A DNA stretch of 64,000 nucleotides from positions 80,189 through 144,188 of IMG/VR virus record IMGVR_UViG_3300033463_000023. The stretch is one strand, 5' to 3'. Positions 54,553 to 63,221 of this stretch are shown here, piece after piece. Within the stretch, counting starts at the first letter, position 1. Each line of letters starts with the position of its first letter. The stretch comes from a virus (lineage: Duplodnaviria > Caudoviricetes). The notes beneath the pieces were generated by a model. That model was not told where the DNA came from. It saw only the letters and a list, made by a program, of their open reading frames with translations, and searched no databases. The position numbers and the translations under genes were made by a program.

Positions 54553-55065
54553 ATGATTAAAGTAAAAGACCTGCACATGCAGCAGACCGTGAAGGCGGCG
54601 GTGAAGTATATTGAGAGCGGGGTGGGGTTCCCTGACCTGCGCAAGCATTTCAACCAGCTCTGCATGGACTGGCATGCCGACGAGTACGACCCGGACGGGC
54701 TATCGCTGGACATAGATGATATCGCCAGACATGTCGACGACGAGCCGTGGATCAGGGATGTCGCCGCCATGCCGGCCCATGAACGCACGTGGCAGATGAA
54801 CGTCCGCGTCGTGGAAGAGTTCATCGCCAAGTACTGGTTCATGCCGAAGGAAGAGATCTCCACCCAGAACGTGGCCGATGTGCTCCGCGTGGCAGACCCG
54901 CTCAGCCGCCGCCACATCCTGGCACAGCGCGTCGTCATCAAGTGTATCCACGACCTGAAGTCAGAGAGTCAATTACATCGTCTGGATCTTCTGATGGATG
55001 CGCTGGCCACCAATCCGGGATTAGAGAAAGAACATTTTTGGCATTTTAAAGCTACGACACTATGA
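54553..55065 (+). CDS. hypothetical protein
   Basis: ATG 54553 (MIKVKDL), coupled to the next gene. Confidence 0.7.
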   Translation: MIKVKDLHMQQTVKAAVKYIESGVGFPDLRKHFNQLCMDWHADEYDPDGLSLDIDDIARHVDDEPWIRDVAAMPAHERTWQMNVRVVEEFIAKYWFMPKEEISTQNVADVLRVADPLSRRHILAQRVVIKCIHDLKSESQLHRLDLLMDALATNPGLEKEHFWHFKATTL

Positions 55066-55763
55066 AACAGTACAGTCACGACTACAGTAAGGCGTCAGAG
55101 GCGGAGAGCCATCTGTTCGCCGCACAGCAGCTGAACGCCCTCGACGATCCCGCCGGGGCGTGGAAACACGTAGAGGACGCCCGCAGGCTACTACAGGAAT
55201 ACCTCTCCCGGGACAACATGGTAGAGGACGGCGAAGCGGAGGACGGCTGGGTACGCTACGGCGACGCGGCCCGCGAACTCGAGGACGCCCGCAGGCTCAA
55301 CGCCCACTACCGCGAGACGATGCTCGCCGTCTCCAGAACCGGCGCGGCGGTTGCCGCTATTTCAGAAAGGGACCTCGCGGAGCTGGAAGAACCGAGGTCG
55401 AGGCAGAAGCCGTCAGGCCCGAAGGTCGTCCGCCACGGGAAGATCGACCGCCAGTACAGGCAGCAGCTCGACGGGGTAGGGGACGCCTCCTGCCCGCTCT
55501 ACGGCAAGCACATCCGCATCAGCGGCACCTTCGAGCAGATCCAGATGTCGCGCGACGACGTGGCGGCCGCCTGCCAGCGCCTCGGCGCGAGTCTGGTCAG
55601 CGACGGCATCGCCAAGAGCATGGATATCGTCATCCTGGGCAACAACGCCGGGCCGTCGAAGATGGAGAAGATCAGGCTGTGGCAGAGCGAGGGCTGCCAG
55701 ATACAGGCGCTCTCGCAGTTCGATATCAAGAAGATCTTCGACGAGTACCTGCCGAAGCTGTGA
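55062..55763 (+). CDS. BRCT-domain protein
   Basis: PLYGKHIRISGTF...SRDDV...LGA...DIVILGNNAGPSKMEKI is a BRCT signature. Confidence 0.8.
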   Translation: MKQYSHDYSKASEAESHLFAAQQLNALDDPAGAWKHVEDARRLLQEYLSRDNMVEDGEAEDGWVRYGDAARELEDARRLNAHYRETMLAVSRTGAAVAAISERDLAELEEPRSRQKPSGPKVVRHGKIDRQYRQQLDGVGDASCPLYGKHIRISGTFEQIQMSRDDVAAACQRLGASLVSDGIAKSMDIVILGNNAGPSKMEKIRLWQSEGCQIQALSQFDIKKIFDEYLPKL

Positions 55764-56391
55764 ATCTGTCCGAGTCTCGCGCCCGCGCGAAAGCGCGCGC
55801 AAAACTATAAATGTGTCCGAGTTCCTGCGGACGGAAAAAGCTATAAATCCGTCCGGATTATTAAAAAAACACCTGATTAAATAATAAAAAAATCGGGTGT
55901 TTCTTTTTTTATCTACGTGTAATAGGGATATAGAGTAAGCCGTGGCGTAACTGCCTGATACACAATGCTATGACACCGCAAACACGGACGTTTATACAGG
56001 GTAACTCGGACGGATACACAGCTTTCCGCGGACGGATATACGGGGAAACGCGGACGGATATACGGGGAAATCAGGACGGATATACAGCCGTTTCCGGACG
56101 GATTCACAGCCCAGTGCACGGATCTCGGACAGATTCACAGCCGTATTTCGGACAGATTCACAGGTACAATCCGGACAGATATATAGCTTTTTACGGACAT
56201 TTTTATAGCTTTCTTTCCAGTCTGGAGAGAACTGGAAAGGATTGGAAACGCGGACGTTTATATAGTTTTTTACGGACAGATTTATAGTTTTTCAAAATCC
56301 GGACAGATTTATAGCTTTTGGGAAATTTTCATAACTGCCTGAAAATAAATGCAAAAAAGTTTGGTAGTTTGCGGACAATTTTATAACTTTG
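55758..56391. repeat. replication origin iteron array (CGGAC-core, about 22-bp period)
   Basis: Direct cores at 55985, 56007, 56029, 56051, 56073, 56095, 56126, 56149, 56172, 56194, 56251, 56273, 56300 and 56372; inverted copies at 55758-55772, 55805-55819 and 55841-55855; AT-rich hairpin 55863-55910. Confidence 0.85.
56360..56391 (+). promoter_or_regulatory. rep promoter overlapped by an iteron
   Basis: TTTG at 56360 and TAACTTTG at 56384-56391, with an iteron core at 56372. Confidence 0.65.
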
Positions 56392-56426
56392 CACCCGAAA
56401 GTTACAACGAATAAAATTTTTCTATC

Positions 56427-57455
56427 ATGGCAAGAAGATCAAAGAAGGCCGAGCTGCGCAAGCAGGAGCTTGCACGCATCGTGCCCCTCGACCAGCGCAG
56501 GATGATCACGCAGCCCATCACCTTCGCCTTCCTCAACGGCGACATGTCGGTGATGCACGCCCGTATCCAGACGACCATCATGGACAAGCTGCAGGGGCGC
56601 ATCGCCAAGGCCGTGAAGAGGCAGCACGAGAGCGGGTTCGCCGGCAGCCTGTTCTCCGACGAGGACTTCGCGCCCGTCAAGGGTGTGTCCGGCAGCTACC
56701 TCACCTTCTCGGTCAAGTACTCCGAGCTGGGCGTCGACCCCGCCAACTACCGCTACGTCAGCGAGGCGGCGCGCGCCATGCAGGGCTCCCTGTTCTACGA
56801 GAAGGAGCAGGACGGCTACACGCGCTCCATCGTCGTGTTCCCCGTCATCGACGTGCCCGACGAGACGAAGAAGGAGCGCCGCACCGACATCAAGCTCTAC
56901 ATGACCGAGTCGACGGCCAGGGACCTGTTCACCTTCGAGCGGTACCAGAAGTACCTGAAGGACGCCGTGTTCCTCTTCTCCTCCGGCTACGCGGGACGCA
57001 TCTACCTGCTCATCAACGCCTACAAGTACGCGGGCGTCTGGGTGGTCGAGTACGAGAAACTCCGCAAGATCCTGCTCACCGTGAAGGACGAGAAGACGGG
57101 CAAGTACGAGTGCAGCAAGTACCGCGACATCAACGACTTCAAGAAGCGCGTGCTGGAGCCCGCCCGCAAGGAGATCGCCGAGGCCGCCGCCCACATCGAC
57201 TGCACCTTCGACTACGAGTTCCGCTACCCCGCGGGGAAGAGGCGCGGCACGCCCGAGGCCATCGTCTTCCACATCCACCTGACGGACACCGGGCGGAACA
57301 TCCGCCAGGAGCAGCTGGAGGCGAGGGAGCAGATAGGCCAGCGCAGGGGCAGGGGAGAGGCCGCCGGGCCCGCCGCCGTCCAGGCAGCCCCCGCCGCGAC
57401 CGCCGACGCGCCGCGGCTGCCGCAGTCCGTCTACGACGACCAGGCGGAATGGTAA
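56427..57455 (+). CDS. plasmid replication initiator (Rep_3/RepB family)
   Basis: ITQP..F, SGYAGRIYLLI, KYRDINDFKKRVLEPARKEI; adjacent to the iterons. Confidence 0.85.
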   Translation: MARRSKKAELRKQELARIVPLDQRRMITQPITFAFLNGDMSVMHARIQTTIMDKLQGRIAKAVKRQHESGFAGSLFSDEDFAPVKGVSGSYLTFSVKYSELGVDPANYRYVSEAARAMQGSLFYEKEQDGYTRSIVVFPVIDVPDETKKERRTDIKLYMTESTARDLFTFERYQKYLKDAVFLFSSGYAGRIYLLINAYKYAGVWVVEYEKLRKILLTVKDEKTGKYECSKYRDINDFKKRVLEPARKEIAEAAAHIDCTFDYEFRYPAGKRRGTPEAIVFHIHLTDTGRNIRQEQLEAREQIGQRRGRGEAAGPAAVQAAPAATADAPRLPQSVYDDQAEW

Positions 57456-57476
57456 CCTTTAAAAAGACATGACGAC

Positions 57477-58193
57477 ATGGACAGTAATAACGGCAACGAC
57501 AGGAACAATCCCGTGAACAACCCCCTCGTGGCGGCGTTCGCCAGCGAGGTGGAGAAGATGGGCAACCCCGCGGCGTCTGCGGCCAGGCGCCTGCGCTTCG
57601 GCATCTACGGCAACGTCGACCCCCGCAAGGAGCTGTGGGCGGGCATCGTGTACTTCATGACACAGGAGAGGCGCCAGCCGCAGTGGAACGGGGCCTACGA
57701 CAGGGTGGCGGAGTGGCTGGCCGACAACGAGGGCCGCGGGCTGATCTGCGTCGGCACCAGCGGCCTCGGCAAGACTGTCGTCTGCCAGAAGGTGCTCCCG
57801 GTGCTCTTCTCCCGCCACTTCGGGCTCGAGGTGCTGTCGGTGACGGCCAACGAGATGAACGCCCGCATCGACGAGCTGCTCAGGTACTGCCAGCCGAACC
57901 GCATCGTCATCGTCGACGACGTCGGGACGGAGCCGGCCAGCGTCTACGGCCGCCACCCGTTCTGCGAGCTCGTCGACACCGCCGAGCGCCGCGGCACGCT
58001 GCTCATCGTCACCACGAACCTGCGGACCACGGCGCGCCGCCTGACGCAGGACTGCGGGCAGCAGGGCAGGGTGGGGGACTACGACCCGCTCAGCCCGCCG
58101 TCCATCGAGAAGCGCTACGGCATCCCGACGCTCGACCGCCTCAGGGCCACGACGAAGGTCGTCCGCTTCACCGGCGAGAGCATGAGGGGATAG
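57477..58193 (+). CDS. DnaC/IstB-like AAA+ ATPase
   Basis: GTSGLGKT, VIVDDVGTE, TTNL, RYG...DRL, GESMR. Confidence 0.85.
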   Translation: MDSNNGNDRNNPVNNPLVAAFASEVEKMGNPAASAARRLRFGIYGNVDPRKELWAGIVYFMTQERRQPQWNGAYDRVAEWLADNEGRGLICVGTSGLGKTVVCQKVLPVLFSRHFGLEVLSVTANEMNARIDELLRYCQPNRIVIVDDVGTEPASVYGRHPFCELVDTAERRGTLLIVTTNLRTTARRLTQDCGQQGRVGDYDPLSPPSIEKRYGIPTLDRLRATTKVVRFTGESMRG

Positions 58194-58200
58194 GAAAGAC

Positions 58201-58232
58201 GCCGGCGGCGATCCTCACGGACTGCCGCCGGC
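58201..58232. terminator. hairpin between convergent genes
   Basis: GCCGGCGGC...GCCGCCGGC. Confidence 0.55.
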
Positions 58233-58339
58233 CAGACAAAATACGAATTGTCTCCAATGGAAAAATTAAAAGTTGTTACAAAAAGTCATGCTCTAACAAA
58301 AACTTAAAACCTGTAAATTATAAATCATAAACTTATAAG

Positions 58340-58945
58340 CTATTTCCTGTTGTCGCCCCTCGCGACGCGGCGGTTCCACTCCCGCTTGATGGCCTCCGAG
58401 TGCACCTCGTTCGTGCCCGTCTCCCGGCACCACGCCTCGACCATCTCGATCGCCGGGTAGTCCCTGCCGCCGACGCGCCGCGCATACTCCGCGTTGAACG
58501 CCTCGACGGCCCGCCAGAACCCGGCGCGGATCACCTGCTGCAGCGCGCCCGCCTGCCTCTGGCCGAAGCCCACGTCGTTGGTCCACTCCCGCAGCACGCC
58601 GTGTTCCGTCATGCAGCGCGGCGGGCACTCCACGGGCACGAACGACCCCAGCAGCTCCGCCGTCACGCCGTAGAGACCCGCCGTCACCTCCGGATCCGAC
58701 TCCAGCCCGACGGCGATGACGTTCCGCCGTGTGGCGCTCATCGCCTTGTCGACGGGCCCCGCCTCCGCCGTGTCGTCCGCCGTCTCCATCATGAGCGCGT
58801 CCATCGCCCCAGGCAGATGCTGCAGGCACACAACCCGCTGCTCTCCGATCCTCGCCCCACCGCCAAGCTCGTGCTGAAGCCACCCGTGCATGTAGTCCGT
58901 CACCCTCAGCCATGCCACGGGAGGCACCTTATACTGTCTTTCCAT
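58340..58945 (-). CDS. hypothetical protein, candidate late transcription activator
   Basis: ATG 58945 lies downstream of TAACTTTG (-) at 58964-58971; C-terminal helix-turn-helix-like segment. Confidence 0.6.
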   Translation of the reverse strand: MERQYKVPPVAWLRVTDYMHGWLQHELGGGARIGEQRVVCLQHLPGAMDALMMETADDTAEAGPVDKAMSATRRNVIAVGLESDPEVTAGLYGVTAELLGSFVPVECPPRCMTEHGVLREWTNDVGFGQRQAGALQQVIRAGFWRAVEAFNAEYARRVGGRDYPAIEMVEAWCRETGTNEVHSEAIKREWNRRVARGDNRK

Positions 58946-59592
58946 CCTTAGCCATTCACGCCGCAAAGTTACGACAATCCACCGACACCGCCAAACAGTC
59001 CGCGATTTATCTTTTCAGGGCCGCTTTTTCCATTGGCGCGACTTGTAAAAATAATCGTTCGGATAACAATATAACACGCTGTGTTTCAGTACGTTGCAGA
59101 AACACCGTCCACCCAGGCCCGCAAAAGAGTTATCTTATACACAAATAATGCGTAAACGTCTGGCATACAACATGTTTCAGCACACACAGGTGCTTATTTA
59201 TCCGAAAACACCGCCTTTCACGCAAAACCCTTTTCAAAGAAGAAAGAAATACAGAGCCTTCCCTAAAGCCAATTATTCATCATGCGACGCGCAAGACTCC
59301 CCGCTCTCCACCATAAGTAATAAAAAAATGAAAAATAAAAATAAATGACTGATAATCAATAAGTTATATATATACTATATATTACTCACAAATATTTTTC
59401 ATATACTTTAAAATAAAGAAAACCGCAAAATAACCGCTTTTTTATAACATAAATAACTGATTTTCAGCACGTTACAAATTATATGCGGCATTGATAACCC
59501 CGGGATAAGCTGACAAACGGCGGGTGCTTTTCCCGTTCCGGCGAAAGATAACTCGCTGGATCCTTGCACGTTACGCGGAAAATGCCTACCTT

Positions 59593-59797
59593 TGCACCGC
59601 GAAACGTAATCGGATAAATCCACTTCGCGGCGCAGTTTCCCGTCACACCAAAACGCGGGATCCCACACCACCACCACCGTACCGCGTCTGCGCCGCGATT
59701 TTCTTACGGATGCCATAAAATGAAGATTATACGGATGATAGCCATCCCGCGCCGCCGACCGCAGTTGTAACTTTTTGGCCGGCGGCGCATTTTTTTA
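59593..59797 (+). ncRNA. candidate sRNA with own promoter and terminator
   Basis: TACCTTTG at 59587-59594; alternative stems; terminator 59749-59796. Confidence 0.45.
59749..59796 (+). terminator. intrinsic terminator
   Basis: GCGCCGCCGACC/GGCCGGCGGCGC stem followed by T7. Confidence 0.75.
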
Positions 59798-59817
59798 TTG
59801 CCTGTCCCTGGCCTGCG

Positions 59818-59883
59818 GCCGAGTGCCATCCTCGCCTCGGCAAAGGCATCAAGCGAGCCTATGCCTTTTGCGCTCGGCTCGTC
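59818..59883. repeat. REP-like palindromic element, copy B
   Basis: Reverse complement of the 6631-6696 arms. Confidence 0.7.
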
Positions 59884-59920
59884 TGCCCTTGCATTTTTCC
59901 TTGTTGGAAACGTATATTAC
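59883..59920 (+). promoter_or_regulatory. late promoter motif, copy 6
   Basis: CTGCCCTTG-N21-TATATTAC upstream of ATG 59940. Confidence 0.6.
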
Positions 59921-59939
59921 GGGAAAAACAGGATATGTT

Positions 59940-60632
59940 ATGAGATACAGCAACCCTAACGACCCGTGGCGCTACGACCCCTTCCGTGACATGGACGACG
60001 ACGGCCGCGCGCAGGCGTCCCTCATCAAGGGCCTGGTGTTCTTCGTCGGCATGCTGGCGATACTGGTCCTCGACGGCCTGCTCTCCGGCTGCACCGTGCC
60101 GAAGGCCGTCGAGGAGCACCACCACCACCACTACGAGGCCGACACCGCCGCCGTCAGCCGGCAGGTCGACGCGCGCCTCGCCGAGTGGCACTCCCGGACA
60201 GAGGCGTTCGTCAGCGAGCGGCTGGAGCAGTTCTCGAAGCAGCACCAGCAGTCCGAGCACCAGCAGGAGACGGTCACCGAGACGATCACCGTGTCGCTCG
60301 ACTCCCTGGGCCGCGAGATCCGCCGGGAGCAGCGCACTATCAGCCGCGACATCACACGCGAGCTTCAGACTGTCGAGCAGGCTATTACCCGCGAGTACGA
60401 GAGCCGCCTGAGCACCGTCGTCGACAGTATCGACTCCGCCTGGAGGCAGCGCTACGACTCCATCTCCGCACGCATGGCGCAGACGGACTCCGCGCTCGTC
60501 ATGAAGACACCAGTGGGCGACGCCCGCCCGTGGTACCGCCGCGCGTGGGACGCCATCGCGTATATATTAATAGGTGCGTGCGTCGCGGCAGCGGTGTGGT
60601 TTACGCGAAAGTGGTGGATAAGACTGCTGTAG
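59940..60632 (+). CDS. putative unimolecular spanin-like lipoprotein
   Basis: Hydrophobic segment and lipobox LLSGC, long helical linker, C-terminal TM with basic tail. Confidence 0.6.
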   Translation: MRYSNPNDPWRYDPFRDMDDDGRAQASLIKGLVFFVGMLAILVLDGLLSGCTVPKAVEEHHHHHYEADTAAVSRQVDARLAEWHSRTEAFVSERLEQFSKQHQQSEHQQETVTETITVSLDSLGREIRREQRTISRDITRELQTVEQAITREYESRLSTVVDSIDSAWRQRYDSISARMAQTDSALVMKTPVGDARPWYRRAWDAIAYILIGACVAAAVWFTRKWWIRLL

Positions 60633-60657
60633 AAAAGCAGCATATTCAACAGGAATC

Positions 60658-60966
60658 ATGAGAGAACAATTAAAGGAACTGGCATTGTCGGAGCTGCGGC
60701 GCGTGGCCGAGCGGTCACGCCTGGTGAAGGTGCGGACGAAGGACGGGCGTGTCGAGGAGGCGCAGGAGCGCGTCCCCTGGCGCGTGTGGTACGTGGCCGC
60801 GTCGAACGGCGACGTGATCCGCGGCGAGGAGTGCGTGACGCTTGCCGTCTATCCAGACCAGGGCGCCTGCGGCGCCCGCCTGGTGATGTTCACCGCCAGC
60901 GGCCAGACGCGCCGCCTGCGCGACTGCTGCATCCTCCGCGCGAACGACTTCATGCTCGTCATATAG
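60658..60966 (+). CDS. hypothetical late protein
   Basis: 102 aa (...SGQTRRLRDCCI...). Confidence 0.65.
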   Translation: MREQLKELALSELRRVAERSRLVKVRTKDGRVEEAQERVPWRVWYVAASNGDVIRGEECVTLAVYPDQGACGARLVMFTASGQTRRLRDCCILRANDFMLVI

Positions 60967-61050
60967 AATACTCACCACCGGCCCACCTCCGGCAGGAGAG
61001 GGGAGCGGGGACGAAAAGGACATATTTGAAACAAACGTTTAACAATAATT

Positions 61051-61479
61051 ATGCAACCCAAACAGTATCTACAGAGGCTCGCCGCCGACGTCGTGAAGCG
61101 CAGCGGCATCGCGCGCCCCACCGTCGAGGCGCTGCTGCCGCACGTCTTCGACGAGATCCGCTACCAGCTCACCGAGGGGAACCGGTGCGTGCCCATCGAG
61201 GGCTTCGGCACCTTCGCCGTCATAGACATGCCCGAGCGCAGGCGGCGCTACACCTACAAGGGAAAGAACGAGATCCGCGTCATCCCCCCGATGAAGAAGC
61301 TGAAGTTCGCCCCGACGAAGAACATGAAGCGCGAGATCGATGCCGGCCGCTACGACCCGACCAGGAAATCCTTCAGCCACCACCCGCAGGACCCGAAGAT
61401 CCGCAAGCGCTGCGACATGCAGTACAACCGGCGCTCCGAGGTGTTCCTCGAGCACGTGCCGGAGGCATGCGGGGATTAA
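61051..61479 (+). CDS. HU/IHF-family DNA-binding protein
   Basis: VPIEGFGTF...RR...VIPPMKKLKFAP. Confidence 0.85.
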   Translation: MQPKQYLQRLAADVVKRSGIARPTVEALLPHVFDEIRYQLTEGNRCVPIEGFGTFAVIDMPERRRRYTYKGKNEIRVIPPMKKLKFAPTKNMKREIDAGRYDPTRKSFSHHPQDPKIRKRCDMQYNRRSEVFLEHVPEACGD

Positions 61480-61514
61480 GACGGCTATTTTGTAACAAAC
61501 GTTTAACACAAGTT

Positions 61515-62579
61515 ATGACACTACAGGAAGCATACCAGGGGTGGCAGCAGGACGGGCAGAACCGCCAGCTGTACGCGAACACCCGCAACGCATTCCGCAA
61601 GGCGTGGTTCCGCCTGCCGACGAACCAGCCCTGCCGGTACTACACGAAGGAGGTCCTCGGCGAGGCGCTGGCCGCCACCGACGAGGTGCGAGAGATGAAG
61701 GCGAAGGCTGCCAGCGTGATGATCCACGTGCTGGCGTTCGCCCACCGCCAGGAGCCCGCCGACAACCCCGAGCCGGACTTTACCATCGACCAGCTGATGA
61801 TGACCAGAGAGCCCAGGCCGCAGGCCGAGGACGCCATCTGCCAGCTCGACGCGAAGACGCTGGAGGTGATCAGGACCTGGCCGAACCCGTTCCGTATCAA
61901 GGAGGAGATCGGCGTCGGCAACGTGAAGCGCGCCATCGAGCGCTGCGGCCTCGCCGGCGGCTTCTACTGGAGCTACGAGAGGGACCTCCCCGAGCGCCTC
62001 GCCGAGCGGAAGCGCCGTACCGAGGCAGCCCACCGCTTCAACAGAAGCCTCACCCCCGACCCCTCTCCGACCGGAGAGGGGAGCGACGCGGCAGAGAGCG
62101 ACGCGGAGGGTGACACAGCTGGGGACACGGCTGAGACCGTCTCCCCAGCGATACAGATGCGTGAGGCCGCGTCTGCGGTTGGGGATCTGGTAAAGGTCTT
62201 CGGGGAGACCCGGGATCCGTCGGACTCCGCCGCCCCCGTGCAGCCCGCTCCCAAGAGCAGAAAGAGGTCCAAAACGAAAAGTGGGGACAAGAATAAAACG
62301 AAGAAAAGCGGGAACACGAAAAAAGTAGGGATAAATTCTGCCGTCAAGACGAAGCTGCCTGAATTGCGGCCAGTCTTCCAAGAAACCACAAAGCCCGCGA
62401 CAGAGAACCAATCCGCAGGATCACGCCTCCCTATGGTGGATAGGCCGGTGGAGAAGCCCTCCGTCGCCTCTCAGGCCCTCGCCGTGTTCACCGACGACGA
62501 GCTGTTCGCCGAGCTCGACCGCCGCGGATGGCACGGCAGCTTCAGCCGTACCGAGATCGTAACCATCGGACAGCCATGA
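61515..62579 (+). CDS. protein with central NUMOD1-like DNA-binding domain
   Basis: ATG 61515; AICQLD..TLEVIRTWPN....I...NVKRAI....AGGFYWSY. Confidence 0.65.
   Translation: MTLQEAYQGWQQDGQNRQLYANTRNAFRKAWFRLPTNQPCRYYTKEVLGEALAATDEVREMKAKAASVMIHVLAFAHRQEPADNPEPDFTIDQLMMTREPRPQAEDAICQLDAKTLEVIRTWPNPFRIKEEIGVGNVKRAIERCGLAGGFYWSYERDLPERLAERKRRTEAAHRFNRSLTPDPSPTGEGSDAAESDAEGDTAGDTAETVSPAIQMREAASAVGDLVKVFGETRDPSDSAAPVQPAPKSRKRSKTKSGDKNKTKKSGNTKKVGINSAVKTKLPELRPVFQETTKPATENQSAGSRLPMVDRPVEKPSVASQALAVFTDDELFAELDRRGWHGSFSRTEIVTIGQP
62048..62084. repeat. REP-like hairpin inside a CDS
   Basis: CCCCTCTCC-GACC-GGAGAGGGG; related intergenic copy at 60971-61006. Confidence 0.6.
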
Positions 62580-62725
62580 TCGACGACGACCTGCAGCCCG
62601 CGCCAAGGGAACATACACCCGGCGACCAGGCGCCGCCTGGCTACGACCCTGCCGACGACGGGCTGCCAACCCTCGACTGGCTCGAGAAGTACGTGCCGTA
62701 CCGCCCGTTCGACGTAGAACTGTAA
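62576..62725 (+). CDS. small hypothetical protein
   Basis: 49 aa, ATGA-coupled. Confidence 0.5.
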   Translation: MIDDDLQPAPREHTPGDQAPPGYDPADDGLPTLDWLEKYVPYRPFDVEL

Positions 62726-62782
62726 ACGCTTTTTTTATAATACTCTTTTATTGGCCCATGTTATTTTCACATAAATCCTTTT

Positions 62783-62820
62783 CGCCGCCCGCCGTCTGAG
62801 AAGATAGCGGGCGGTGTTTA
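62783..62820 (+). terminator. intrinsic terminator
   Basis: CGCCGCCCGC/GCGGGCGGTG stem followed by TTT. Confidence 0.6.
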
Positions 62821-62906
62821 TCAAAAAAACTCCCCGAAAAATTTGGCGGTGTCGGAAAATATCCGTACCTTTGCCGGCGTGTTTATAACTTTAAAGCTAC
62901 GACATT

Positions 62907-63161
62907 ATGAAAAATCAGTTCATGAAGGCCCTGCCGGTGGCCTTGATACTGGCAGCAGCAACTACCGTGTTCAACTCATGCGCCCGCGACGACGATCCGG
63001 CGGACGGCGATATCAGGATCGGAGTGGAGCCTGCCGACACGATGCAGCGGCAGACGGTTAATTTCAGTATCGGTGGAGATACCGAGATGGTACCTTTTTC
63101 GGAATCAATATCCGAGATACCGAAATCTGAACAAACAAAAAAATTAAAAATTCTTAAATAA
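62907..63161 (+). pseudogene. short or truncated surface lipoprotein (fimbrillin-like N-terminus)
   Basis: Own promoter TACCTTTG at 62866-62873; signal peptide, FNSC lipobox and acidic DDD; frame runs into the next AT-rich promoter. Confidence 0.5.
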
Positions 63162-63221
63162 TTTGCATAGACGGAAAATGTATTATAATTTTGCAGCCAA
63201 AAAGAGCAACAATGTTATAAG

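Noticed and set aside
55913-56287. ORFs 55970..56287 and 55913..56119
   Set aside because: Chance frames across the iteron array
55985-56320. CRISPR array
   Set aside because: Repeats are degenerate with about 22-bp period, no unique spacers and no cas genes; position next to rep indicates iterons
60786-61514. 5' extension of ORF 60786..62579
   Set aside because: Overlaps two better genes (60658..60966 and the HU gene); ATG 61515 has the proper A-rich context. Extended starts at 31661, 39058, 30126 and 59775 were trimmed for similar reasons
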